Of a stretch of 64,000 nt of DNA, positions 28,598 to 38,106 are shown piece by piece (position 1 is the stretch's first letter; each line of letters begins with the position of its first letter). The stretch comes from Candidatus Bathyarchaeota archaeon (GTDB lineage: Archaea > Thermoproteota > Bathyarchaeia > Bathyarchaeales > Bathycorpusculaceae), in NCBI GenBank assembly GCA_963702095.1, contig OY969706.1, positions 992,001 through 1,056,000 of the forward strand, given 5' to 3'. Position numbers and translations under genes: made by a program. The notes beneath the pieces were generated by a model. It ran no database searches. It was not told the DNA's origin and saw nothing but the letters and a program-made list of their open reading frames with translations.

Positions 28598-29947
28598 TTA
28601 GGGCTCCTTTTTAAGGTGTTTGATGCAAAGTTTCTTTTGGAATTCGCTAGTGTAGGTGAGGTTGAGTTTGGAGAATACTTTGCCGCAGACGTCGCAGACG
28701 TCATAGTGGTGGATGCATATGCTGGAGTTGTCGTGGCTGCAGCGAAATTCGAGGAGACGGCTGTGACGTTTGCCGCAGACAACGCAGACAAATGCCTTGT
28801 CGCGTTCAAAGTATTCGCCTAAGGTTTCGTCTAGGGTCAGAGACCCTTTTTTTGAGTACAGTTTGCCTGTGTCGACTGATTGCCGTGTGCAGTCGCCGCA
28901 GACATAGAAGCCATCTTCAGTGGCATGGCCCTCTGTGATGGTTTTCTTGCATGTTTGGCACGTGACTTCCGGAGTGTCGATGCCTATGACGGCGGCGGAC
29001 TGTATGACCGCTCCGTTGTCGAGGGCGACTTCTAACTTGACCTTCGCCGTGTTGATTACAAGCAGATTAAGCAGTTTCACATTGACGCTGGTCTGGTAAG
29101 TTTCCTCTTCCCTCTCCAAAAGCGCCTCGTAGTCGGCTTGCCACTTCGGGAAGTCAAAATCATGCTTCTTCGAGATAACCCTTTCCCGCCTCTCACGTCG
29201 GAGTCGTCGCTCAAAACTCCGCAGCCTCGCCCTCTTCTCCTCGACCAGTGGCAAATCAAAGAGCCTTACCTTCTCTCTGATTAGAGCCCTCAGTTGCGTG
29301 TCCGCTGAGGCTTTCAACTCGTCGTAGGCTTCTGGTTTTAGCTTCGATTTGAAATCCTGAACCTTAATCGCCTCATTCCCCAGAACTGCCCCAACGTCGA
29401 AGTCGCGGTCGCCTACGCGGTTGCCCTCTTCATCCAGCAGGATGGGGATAACCTCTTCGCTTTTTGCTCTAAGCTTGTTCTTGAAACATACTGAATAGTA
29501 GAATTGGAAAAAGCGGGCAGCCTCCTTTCTGGTAACTTTTACGGAGACGATTTTTCCGTTGTTTATCTGGTGAAAACACGGTTCCGCCTGGGTGCAGACT
29601 CTGCCGCCTTCTTGCGTCACTTGGGCTTTTTGGCATTTCCCGCAGGAATCTGGCGTATCCCTAAAGTAAGCCTTCACCAGTGCCTCTAAGCTCTCTTTGG
29701 GACTGAGGCTGATTTGGCTCAGAAGGCTGTTTTCCAAGGCTTCTTTGAGTATCTGCTGGAACGCTGGACTGCCTGCGGTGATCAGCGGAATTTTTTTTTC
29801 TCTGGCGACGGCGGGTTGAAAGCTAAATTGCTGAGTGCCATCTGGGTAAGCCACGGTGACGGTGTCATTTGCCTCCTCGGCGATTTTGCCTCCCCTACTT
29901 TGGATGTAGGCTTCGAAGAACCGGCGGATTTCACAATCGCCGCTCAA
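28598..29947 (-). CDS. YqhG-like partner protein with C-terminal Zn fingers
   Basis: Overlaps the SNF2 gene; coiled coil followed by several CxxC pairs. Confidence 0.6.
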   Translation of the reverse strand: MSGDCEIRRFFEAYIQSRGGKIAEEANDTVTVAYPDGTQQFSFQPAVAREKKIPLITAGSPAFQQILKEALENSLLSQISLSPKESLEALVKAYFRDTPDSCGKCQKAQVTQEGGRVCTQAEPCFHQINNGKIVSVKVTRKEAARFFQFYYSVCFKNKLRAKSEEVIPILLDEEGNRVGDRDFDVGAVLGNEAIKVQDFKSKLKPEAYDELKASADTQLRALIREKVRLFDLPLVEEKRARLRSFERRLRRERRERVISKKHDFDFPKWQADYEALLEREEETYQTSVNVKLLNLLVINTAKVKLEVALDNGAVIQSAAVIGIDTPEVTCQTCKKTITEGHATEDGFYVCGDCTRQSVDTGKLYSKKGSLTLDETLGEYFERDKAFVCVVCGKRHSRLLEFRCSHDNSSICIHHYDVCDVCGKVFSKLNLTYTSEFQKKLCIKHLKKEP

Positions 29948-31923
29948 TCGAGGACCCCTTGAGTAAATTGTTCCGCTAACTCCTGATTCTCCCTCACAAA
30001 ATTTAGGTTACTCGCCAACTTCTCCAGTTCCCGCTGGATGTCGAGGCGACTGTTGCTTCGAAGCAGGATTTCACCGATGGTTTTCTGGATGTCCTGTGAA
30101 CCCTCTTTTAGCTCCGAGAGCACCGTCTCCATCTTGCCCACAGTCATTGTGAACAAGTCGATTTTTTGGTAGAGCACATGGAGCACGTAGTCGTCGATGG
30201 TGTCTTTGACGGCTAAGTTGAAGATTGTGACGTCGCGGTCCTGTTTATAGCGGTGGATGCGTCCTATGCGCTGTTCGATTTTCATGGGGTTCCAGTGTAA
30301 GTCGTAGTTGAACATGACGCAGCAGTTCTGGAGGTTGAGGCCTTCCGCGGCGGCGTCGGTGGCGACGAGGTACTTGGTTTCGCCGCTCTTAAAGCTCGCA
30401 ATCACATGGTCTCTTTCCGCCTGACTCATATCACCCACGTACACAGCGGCTTTCCCATATTCAGCGTTGAGCAACTCTTTGATTTTGCGGGCAGTAATTT
30501 TGCGTAAACAGAAAATCAACGCTTGCTCTTTTGGCGCCTCGTTTAGGACCTCTCGTAGCAGCTCCATCTTTGCACCCTTCACTTTCGACGCCATCTCAAT
30601 CAACTTGTCAGTGGCTTCTTTCTCCATGGGAAACCGCTGCTGCCTCTTCCTCAATGACTCCACCGTTGCAAACGGCGAACTTGAAAACGACTGTTGCAGG
30701 GTGATAGCTTGGAACACCAAAATCGCGTTGCTCTGGGACGTAGTAAGTTTTCTGCTGGGGTTCTCGGCTATGAGGGTTTCGATGGTTTTGAAGTGGTTGT
30801 TGCTTACTTTACGCAGGTACTCGGTTGCTTCCTCAATGAACTCCCGCTCATACTGGTTGGGCTCCAGTGTTCTGGATTCAACACAGCGCTTCGTAAAGGG
30901 GATGCCCGTATGCTCCCTTCGGGTGCGGCACATGACGCCGCGGATGGTTTGGCGTAGATAAGTGGCTTCTTGCTCTTTTACCACTCGGCTTCTGGCATCT
31001 TCGGCGAACCGTGAAATAAACGCGCGTTCACTGTCCAAACGCCCTGGCTCAATCAAATCCACGATGCTGTAGAGATCGGTTAGGCGGTTGCACAGCGGCG
31101 TCGCGGTGAGGAGGAGCAAACGGTTTTTTCTGAGGCTGGATAGGGCTGAGCGGCCTTTGCTATGGGTGTTGCGGAAAGCATGCGCCTCATCCACCACAAC
31201 CAAATCCCACGTTCGACCTGCAAGCTCCCCATACTTGCGCACGAGCAGGTTATGGGAGCAGATCAGTCGGTTGCCCGTTTTCAGGTTGGCGTGTTCCCCT
31301 GGCACGTTGGCGATGGAGAAGGCTTCCCCGAATTTATCAGCCATCTCACTCTTCCACTGCGACAACAAACTCTTTGGCGAAACAATCAAAACAGAATTGA
31401 TTTCTTCCCTCAAAAGCAGTTCTTTCATGATTAAGCCGGCTTCGATGGTTTTGCCTAAACCTACTTCGTCGGCGAGGATGGCGTTGCCGTTCATTTCGTT
31501 GATGACTTGGAGGGCGGTGTGGAGTTGGAAGTTGTAGGGGATTAGTTTTGTTCGGATGGCGTCTGTTGCGATTAAGCGGTCGATTTTGTCTGTTTGCTTG
31601 ATTTTTGAGGCTTCCAAGTTGAGGAGGAACTTTTCGAGTGGGATATAGGTGTTTTTTTGTATGCGGTTTTTTAAGTCATAGGGGTCCAAGTGGGTGCAGG
31701 TATAGTGGTGTTTTGTGGGTTCGTCATCTATGTTCTCCTCATCGTATTCGCAGACGACCGAGGTTTCCTGTAGTTTAGGAGGGGGCTTCTTTGATTTTTT
31801 GGGTTTAGTCTCTGGTTTAACTGAGTAGTCGACAATAATGGGCTTAGTTTCCCCTTTACACATTGACCCATCAGATATTCCAGTGTGTGGTTCGCCGCTT
31901 TTTTTGTTGAAGCTTCCAGACAA
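29944..31923 (-). CDS. SNF2-family helicase (YqhH-like)
   Basis: LADEVGLGKTIEAG, DEAH, LTATP, EGLNLQ, QRIGRIHR. Confidence 0.9.
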   Translation of the reverse strand: MSGSFNKKSGEPHTGISDGSMCKGETKPIIVDYSVKPETKPKKSKKPPPKLQETSVVCEYDEENIDDEPTKHHYTCTHLDPYDLKNRIQKNTYIPLEKFLLNLEASKIKQTDKIDRLIATDAIRTKLIPYNFQLHTALQVINEMNGNAILADEVGLGKTIEAGLIMKELLLREEINSVLIVSPKSLLSQWKSEMADKFGEAFSIANVPGEHANLKTGNRLICSHNLLVRKYGELAGRTWDLVVVDEAHAFRNTHSKGRSALSSLRKNRLLLLTATPLCNRLTDLYSIVDLIEPGRLDSERAFISRFAEDARSRVVKEQEATYLRQTIRGVMCRTRREHTGIPFTKRCVESRTLEPNQYEREFIEEATEYLRKVSNNHFKTIETLIAENPSRKLTTSQSNAILVFQAITLQQSFSSSPFATVESLRKRQQRFPMEKEATDKLIEMASKVKGAKMELLREVLNEAPKEQALIFCLRKITARKIKELLNAEYGKAAVYVGDMSQAERDHVIASFKSGETKYLVATDAAAEGLNLQNCCVMFNYDLHWNPMKIEQRIGRIHRYKQDRDVTIFNLAVKDTIDDYVLHVLYQKIDLFTMTVGKMETVLSELKEGSQDIQKTIGEILLRSNSRLDIQRELEKLASNLNFVRENQELAEQFTQGVLD

Positions 31924-32132
31924 GAGTATCGCAAATTACTCGACATCTAAATATAAAAACCTAAAGCGCATTCACGGCAGGCTTATTATGCATAATTCAA
32001 GAGCGACAATACCGATTAGCTGTAGAAATGCTGGTTATTTTAGCAGAATATTTGCATTTGAATTCACCGACAAGTTGACCTTCCAAATTTAATTGGTACA
32101 TAAATCGCTGCTTTGGTTGAGTTTCTTGGTAG

Positions 32133-32708
32133 TTAACTTGGTTTACAGATTAACTCATAATGGTATGGTCCTACGTCAACTTGTTTAATGACAGAGAAAC
32201 CGTTCCCTGTAAAAACCCGTTTGGCTTCCTCTTCTGAGAGACGGTCTTTTAATGGCGGTCCATGCTCAGTTTGGATCTTCTTCCAGTCTACATCAACAAC
32301 GGTGGCCGTTGGTTTAGATATGCGTCTAACTTCTTGGAAGAAAGCTTTCTTGTCCTCTACCTCATGTAGAACGTTGGCGAAGACGACGATATCTACCGAT
32401 TCTTCTGGAATTCCTGTGTGGCACACGTCCCTATTTACTATTTTTATGATTGTTGGGTTCACTTCTGACTTGGCAATGTTTCCTTTTAAGCCACTAAGCA
32501 TGGTTCGGTTGCTGTCAACGGCGTATACTATGCCTTTTTCTCCTGTCATCTGAGCCATCGGTAAAGTAAAAAAGCCCGGTCCAGAACCTAAGTCTGCGAT
32601 AGTCATTCCCTTCGTTACCCCTGCCTCTTTTAGAATGGTGTCTGGATTATGCTGTTGCTTTCTTTCTTCCGACATTAGGAACTTGACGCGGTCAATATGA
32701 TGTTCCAT
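32133..32708 (-). CDS. class I SAM-dependent methyltransferase
   Basis: ADLGSGPG, YAVD, NVLHE. Confidence 0.85.
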   Translation of the reverse strand: MEHHIDRVKFLMSEERKQQHNPDTILKEAGVTKGMTIADLGSGPGFFTLPMAQMTGEKGIVYAVDSNRTMLSGLKGNIAKSEVNPTIIKIVNRDVCHTGIPEESVDIVVFANVLHEVEDKKAFFQEVRRISKPTATVVDVDWKKIQTEHGPPLKDRLSEEEAKRVFTGNGFSVIKQVDVGPYHYELICKPS

Positions 32709-32768
32709 TGCTAACTCCTCAACTTTTAAGCCTGAATCAATCCACTATTTGCATTGGTTGAAGACATA

Positions 32769-33242
32769 TTATTTTTGTTGGGTGAACGTTTTTTTTGTTC
32801 GCCATGTTGTAGCGCTAAAGACTGTAAGCACTAGAAGAGCTGTGAATACTGCTACTTTTATGATTGTGAAATCTTGGATAGCAGAGTAGAGTGCGAATGC
32901 CGCTGGAAAAGCGCCGATGTATAGTGTAAAGAATATTGCTGTGGGCAGTTTGTAGCTGTATTTGTAGTCTTTGAAGATGCGTCTGCCAAAGTACAATGCT
33001 GCCAAACGTCCCATGCCATGAGTGCATTTTATGCAATTGTGGCATGGCCTTAGGCAACCGAGTAGGTGCAGTACACCATAGATCAAGATTAGAGTTAAGA
33101 TAAAAAATACAATACCTGCTGTAAAATCGTATAGTAGGAAAGCAACTGTATCCAGAATAATCCATATGAAAAGAGCGATGTTGCCGAATGTAACCAGGTT
33201 TTCAGGGAAGAAAATTGGTCTGCCGTTTTTTGGTTCTATCAT
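32769..33242 (-). CDS. membrane protein with CxxxCxxCxxC-like Cys cluster
   Basis: Four TM segments; GCLRPCHNCIKC. Confidence 0.65.
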   Translation of the reverse strand: MIEPKNGRPIFFPENLVTFGNIALFIWIILDTVAFLLYDFTAGIVFFILTLILIYGVLHLLGCLRPCHNCIKCTHGMGRLAALYFGRRIFKDYKYSYKLPTAIFFTLYIGAFPAAFALYSAIQDFTIIKVAVFTALLVLTVFSATTWRTKKTFTQQK

Positions 33243-33256
33243 GACATAGCCTTCGT

Positions 33257-33667
33257 CTATTGCCCAATATGTTTTTTGAATGTTGCTTCTATGTGAGCTT
33301 TTGGATAAGCGCCAACTATTCGCTCCACTGCTTCACCGTGGTGGAAGACGACGATTGTGGGTATACTCATGATTCCGAAACTACTTGGGACCATTTGGTT
33401 TTCGTCTACGTTCATTTTCCCAAACGTTACTTTGCCTGCATATTCTGTTGCCAGCTGCTCTACTACTGGTCCAACCATTCGGCATGGTCCGCACCAGGGC
33501 GCCCAGAAGTCTACAACCAATAGCTCATGTGCTTTTAGGGTGTTTTGGAAGTTGTCGTCGGTGATAATAAGTGGGTGGCTGCTGGCTTGTTTTATTGTGT
33601 CTGCTTGGTCAAGCATAGCTTGAATTTTTTTTAGTCTTATTTGCTCTAATTCTTTATTCTCAAACAT
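33257..33667 (-). CDS. trxA: thioredoxin
   Basis: DFWAPWCGPC, SIPT. Confidence 0.92.
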   Translation of the reverse strand: MFENKELEQIRLKKIQAMLDQADTIKQASSHPLIITDDNFQNTLKAHELLVVDFWAPWCGPCRMVGPVVEQLATEYAGKVTFGKMNVDENQMVPSSFGIMSIPTIVVFHHGEAVERIVGAYPKAHIEATFKKHIGQ

Positions 33668-33846
33668 TGGCATTCCCTTAACCGCTTTTAGTCTTGTTTT
33701 TTCGCGTTTTCTCTTAGTTTCCACACGTTACAGGTGGAGGCGTGGTCACACATCTCTTCCGGTATGCCCCTTGGGCACTCAAATTTTTTCTCCATAGTCC
33801 ACACTTTCTTGTCAATGCAAATACCGCTACGGCCAAATATATCTTG

Positions 33847-33880
33847 CGGTATTGACAATATCGAACAATACTATTTATAT
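33847..33880. promoter_or_regulatory. imperfect palindrome CGGTATTG-A-CAATATCG plus TATA-like TATTTATAT
   Basis: Lies between divergent trxA and HTH genes. Confidence 0.4.
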
Positions 33881-33904
33881 GGGCGAAATCACAGTGCATT
33901 ATCC

Positions 33905-34288
33905 ATGGAAAGCATCAATCTGCTAACAAAAAAAGGTGCAACATGCACCGACCTACTCACATGCCTATATAACCTAAAACCAACAGACCTAGAAGTACTT
34001 CAAGCGGTCGCAAAAAACCAAAACGCAAGTCTAGACCAAATCGCCGCCATAGTAGAAAAAGACCGAAGCTCAGTACACCGCTGCCTATCTAAACTAGTTA
34101 GCGTAAACCTGGTTAATAAGCAAACTAAAACCATTAAGGGTGGCGGATACTACCACGTATACTCCATGCTTGACCCAGTATTGATTAAAAAGCATGCCAG
34201 GGAACGTGTAGAAGAAATAACTGAAAGCTTACAATTGTTAATTGATAACTTTGACTCAGACCTTGAAAACCACTTAACCGATAAATAA
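33905..34288 (+). CDS. TrmB-like HTH transcriptional regulator with two Cys
   Basis: CTDLLTCLYNL, DRSSVHRCLSKL, GGYYHVY. Confidence 0.8.
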   Translation: MESINLLTKKGATCTDLLTCLYNLKPTDLEVLQAVAKNQNASLDQIAAIVEKDRSSVHRCLSKLVSVNLVNKQTKTIKGGGYYHVYSMLDPVLIKKHARERVEEITESLQLLIDNFDSDLENHLTDK

Positions 34289-34594
34289 ATAGGAACCCCA
34301 AAATGCCTTTGCCGCCAAATGTAACTATGTCTTCTGGAAAGAATTTAATCCGCCCGCTTTCCGCAAGCTTAGCTCAAGGTTGTTCTGTTATATGCCCGTT
34401 GACTCAAACATTTTGCTTTTAACGCCTGCAAGTATCCGTCTGCTTGTGGTGGACTCCACAACCATTCTGCAACACACCTCAAACGTAAAAAACAAACAGC
34501 CGCCAAAGGTAAGCCCGCCAGAAGATGATGAGCAAGGAGGGCGTTGCCTTCATTAAATAACACAAAAAACCAAACGCAGAAAATTAAAATTGAA

Positions 34595-34612
34595 GCGGGT
34601 CCGACGGTTTTC
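34595..34612 (-). repeat. candidate att site resembling a tRNA 3' end
   Basis: Minus strand AAAACCGTCGGACCCGC resembles T-arm plus acceptor 3' strand; ~45 bp beyond the integrase stop. Confidence 0.5.
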
Positions 34613-34655
34613 ACGATACACGTAAAGCATTACATACGACCGTTTACAGTACACG

Positions 34656-36098
34656 TTAGACATTTTGTACTGTCGCCTCTTGGTGAAGTAGCTGTCTTAG
34701 CGTCTGGCTAAGAAGTTGGAACTGATAATTCTGTAGGTCATCTGCGTTTTTAGTAGTGACTGCACCTTGAGATAGAGCGTCTTTGGTGAGTATTTGTTCT
34801 GGGTTTAAGCCCAAAGCTCGCAGCAGCTCTTTAGCGGTCTCTATCTTGTTAAGCGGTGTTTTCTTTCCGATGCATAGGCCTGATGATTGGTAGACGTTTC
34901 GTAGTTTGTCTATGCCGACGCTTTGGATGTCGTGGTAGGTGTCGACGGTGTGGCCCATCATGTAGTCAACGTAGTCGGGTTGAACGCCTAAAGATAGAAG
35001 TTGGGTTTTGAAGTATTTTCGTAGGCTATGAACTCTGAGGTCGTACATGCGCCCGTTGCGCTGTTTAAGCAGGTTAGCTTTGACGTAAAGTCGGTGGACG
35101 AGGTAGCGGATTTGCTTTGAGGATATTCCCCTGATTTCACTTTTTGTGTGGTCTCGGATTAGTGGTGAGTTGTCGGTTAGGGTTTCGGGTGGTTTGCGTT
35201 CGGTTCCTTTTTGTCTTTGGTCAAGGTAGATTCTTAGGTATTGGGCTGCTTCAGCGCCAAGGAAAGTGTCGTAGTCGTGGTATTTGCCTTTAGTGATATC
35301 CGCTTCGATATGCACATGGATTGGGTTTGTGTTGTTTTCTATGTCTTCTTTGACGTGTCTGTACTGGAGTCTGCTGAGGGTTTCTTCCCGGAAAGCGCCG
35401 AGTGCTAAGCAACTGACGAGGACTTTGTCTCTTAGGGTGCCGATGTCAAGCAACTTTTCTAGTTCTTCGGGTTTGGGTGCTCTGTCTTTGTAGGTTACGC
35501 GTCTGCTGAGGGGTTCTATTAGGTCTATTCTAACGCCGTTGACTCTGTAGAAGGTTTTTACGCTTTTTATGTAGTTGTTGACTGGTCCAGGCTTAATTCC
35601 TTCGTCTTGTAGCCATGCGAGGTAGTCGTTGATGTTGCCTGTGTGGTTTTGTACTCTTTGTGGGTCTGGTATGTTGCCGACGGGTTTGGTGTCTGCTATT
35701 ATGAGGTCTGGGCTGTAGCCGAGCCATTCAGCATATTTGCGTATTTGCACCGTGTAGGTGATGAAGGTGCCTGAGGATCCTGAGCAGTGCCGCAGAAGGT
35801 GTCTTGCAACTTTGAGGAGGCTTTGGTTGTCAAAGATGTATGGTATGAGTGTTGGTCTGTCAGATAGGAAGGCGGATAGGACATATTCGACGAGTCCTCT
35901 TTCTTTAGCTGCTAAGACTTTGCCGAGGTTTAGCGTTACTGGTTGGCGTAGTTTGTAGCCTCTTTTGCTAATTTCTAAGGTGATGATGTTGCCTTGGATT
36001 TTCATGGGGTAGGGTATTTTCTTTAGGTCTTCAACGGTGAGTTGCTGGTTTCTTATGATGGGTGAGGCGATCGCTTTCGCTATGGTTTCAGCGGTCAT
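34656..36098 (-). CDS. tyrosine recombinase/integrase
   Basis: Catalytic R (AFREE), K (ITKGK), HSLRKYF, MMGH and Y. Confidence 0.92.
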   Translation of the reverse strand: MTAETIAKAIASPIIRNQQLTVEDLKKIPYPMKIQGNIITLEISKRGYKLRQPVTLNLGKVLAAKERGLVEYVLSAFLSDRPTLIPYIFDNQSLLKVARHLLRHCSGSSGTFITYTVQIRKYAEWLGYSPDLIIADTKPVGNIPDPQRVQNHTGNINDYLAWLQDEGIKPGPVNNYIKSVKTFYRVNGVRIDLIEPLSRRVTYKDRAPKPEELEKLLDIGTLRDKVLVSCLALGAFREETLSRLQYRHVKEDIENNTNPIHVHIEADITKGKYHDYDTFLGAEAAQYLRIYLDQRQKGTERKPPETLTDNSPLIRDHTKSEIRGISSKQIRYLVHRLYVKANLLKQRNGRMYDLRVHSLRKYFKTQLLSLGVQPDYVDYMMGHTVDTYHDIQSVGIDKLRNVYQSSGLCIGKKTPLNKIETAKELLRALGLNPEQILTKDALSQGAVTTKNADDLQNYQFQLLSQTLRQLLHQEATVQNV

Positions 36099-36480
36099 TT
36101 GTTGCTTCCCCGTATTGTTTACGGTGAGTTTTTCGCTCCGATGGTCGAAGCGCATACTCATCCTCTAGTTTAGGCTGTTTGACATTTAAATTCAACTCAA
36201 AACGCGATGATAGCTTTTGCATCTCTAAGATGTCAGTTTTTAGCAAGACAAGTCCTGAAGCTTTGGCGTCGCCGCCATGTAAGGTTGGAGATTCATCGTC
36301 GTGATCCCATGTTAGGGTTATGTATTGCTCGCATTCGTAGACCAGCCAACCCACTGCCTTTCTAATTTGTGGCTTCATGGCGACAGCTATTGCTCGATTA
36401 TAGAGGACATGGTCAACGTATCGAACGCAAACAAGCTCTTTAGATTCATTAAGCATACCCTTCAAGGACTCCTCTTGCAA
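36088..36480 (-). CDS. hypothetical mobile-element protein
   Basis: ORF overlapping the integrase start; VRYVDHVLY...VGWLVYE. Confidence 0.55.
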   Translation of the reverse strand: MQEESLKGMLNESKELVCVRYVDHVLYNRAIAVAMKPQIRKAVGWLVYECEQYITLTWDHDDESPTLHGGDAKASGLVLLKTDILEMQKLSSRFELNLNVKQPKLEDEYALRPSERKTHRKQYGEATNDR

Positions 36481-36627
36481 AGTCTTTATTGTTGCCGAGT
36501 TTGGCTTGTTGGGTTTTGATGCTTTGTACTGGAACCTTGCTGTCCCGGAAGACGTCGCTCCATTCTTGTTTGCCCCCCAAGTTTAGGTGTGCCCACGTTC
36601 GATAGTTAGCCAAGAAAAACTCCTACC

Positions 36628-36990
36628 TTATGTGTCGGTTTTGGGTTTGTGTTTTTGCCGGTAGATTTTGTCTTCTCCGTAGAGCCAGTAGCTGTATTGG
36701 TAGGTGTCGCCTTGATAGCGGTCTTTGATGGTTGCGTTGTTGATCCTTAGGATGTTATGGGCGCTTTGCCATTTGTCCGGTAGGTTGTTTTGTTTGTAGG
36801 CGACCTCAAAGTCTCCCAGTTTTGTGCCCTGCTGAGCCTCGAACTTTAGAGTGGTAAATGTTAGCTCTTGAACTGCAGTTAGTTCAATCTGGGGTGGCGT
36901 GATCGATTGGATGTATTGGTTTGCTGCATCGACTATTGTTTGGTAAGCGTCTCGTAGTTTAGTGAAGAATTCGATTTGTTTGTTGCTCAA
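36628..36990 (-). CDS. hypothetical mobile-element protein
   Basis: TTG start after GGAGG; overlaps the RHH gene stop. Confidence 0.6.
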   Translation of the reverse strand: MSNKQIEFFTKLRDAYQTIVDAANQYIQSITPPQIELTAVQELTFTTLKFEAQQGTKLGDFEVAYKQNNLPDKWQSAHNILRINNATIKDRYQGDTYQYSYWLYGEDKIYRQKHKPKTDT

Positions 36991-37145
36991 TCCTGAGTTG
37001 CCTCCTGTTTGTTTAGGTATTCGGTTATGGCTGCTCGGATTGCTTGGCTTATGTTCTTGAATTTGCGCTCAAAAATAAGCTGCTCAAGCCTCTCCATCTC
37101 GGGTGTTCCTAACCTTAAAGCAATTCTATACTTGTACTGTCTCAA
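36987..37145 (-). CDS. ribbon-helix-helix (CopG/Arc) regulator, 52 aa (absent from ORF track)
   Basis: MRQYKYRIALRL...KFKNISQAIRAAITEYL; AGGTG RBS. Confidence 0.75.
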   Translation of the reverse strand: MRQYKYRIALRLGTPEMERLEQLIFERKFKNISQAIRAAITEYLNKQEATQD

Positions 37146-37202
37146 CTTTTTACACCTTGCTTTGTCATACCTTTAAGTAATGTCGCGCCGATACGGGGTA
37201 TT

Positions 37203-38102
37203 TTGCGGTCAACTATGTCTTCGCAAGTGGTTTATCAGACAAATGCAGATTGGCACGATTCATACGATGCCTTGGCGAAAAATTCACTTGTGACAGTTGA
37301 GGAAACTAAAAAGGGTTTGTTATGGTTTCATTTCAAAGAAAGCCGAACCGTTTTCACCCTATCTCCAACAGGAAAACTCCAAGTAAAATGGAGAGACCTG
37401 CATGAAAAAAGAATTCTCTACAAACAAATCAAAAACCTCTTAATCGCCAAACCCAACGAGAAACTAACCATTAAACCTCTAAAACAGCAAATGTGGATAG
37501 AATACCCTGTACCTGAATCTTTCAAAATTTATTGGTGTGACCACTTTTCGGAGTTTGGTTTGAAAAAGCCATCTGGAAGCAAGACGGAGGAATCGCTGAA
37601 TGAGCAGCAACATAGTGAGCAAGAAAAAGGTAGTTTGATACGTTATCGTAACGAAGCGGCGGTTGTCAAAAATGCTTTGGAAGAACTTAGACACGAATTC
37701 AGGTTTTTTAGGGAGCCAACCCTCAATGAAGTTGCATTGAAATCCGGACGTCTTACCGATTCTAGGTATATGAAGGATTATCTGTTCCTTGCAGGGTGGA
37801 AGCCTCCGCGCCTATACGACATAGACTTCGTAAAGAGTTTAGCTGAGCAAGCGATAAACTTGGCTGCTTGGCTTCGCTTTAAAACCAGTGGGGAACTGAA
37901 TCCTCAATTAATAATCCGTTCTAAAAGGGCTATAGATACAGCTACAATGAGTGCCATTGGAAAGGCACAAGAGATCCTTAAGAATTATCCAGAGATAGTC
38001 CCTGAGATTAATGAGACAGAACTCAAATGGCCAGATGAAGCAAAGAAGAAATGGATTGAAGTCTTTGGCTGTGATCCTCCTGCTTCGTCAGGATATTCCT
38101 AA
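37203..38102 (+). CDS. hypothetical protein
   Basis: 299-aa ORF divergent from the RHH operon. Confidence 0.6.
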   Translation: MRSTMSSQVVYQTNADWHDSYDALAKNSLVTVEETKKGLLWFHFKESRTVFTLSPTGKLQVKWRDLHEKRILYKQIKNLLIAKPNEKLTIKPLKQQMWIEYPVPESFKIYWCDHFSEFGLKKPSGSKTEESLNEQQHSEQEKGSLIRYRNEAAVVKNALEELRHEFRFFREPTLNEVALKSGRLTDSRYMKDYLFLAGWKPPRLYDIDFVKSLAEQAINLAAWLRFKTSGELNPQLIIRSKRAIDTATMSAIGKAQEILKNYPEIVPEINETELKWPDEAKKKWIEVFGCDPPASSGYS

Positions 38103-38106
38103 TTGG

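Noticed and set aside
28594-28809. Ala/Thr/Ser-rich N-terminal extension of the Mrr ORF
   Set aside because: Alternative frame of the upstream gene's 3' end; ATG at 28593 fits the operon
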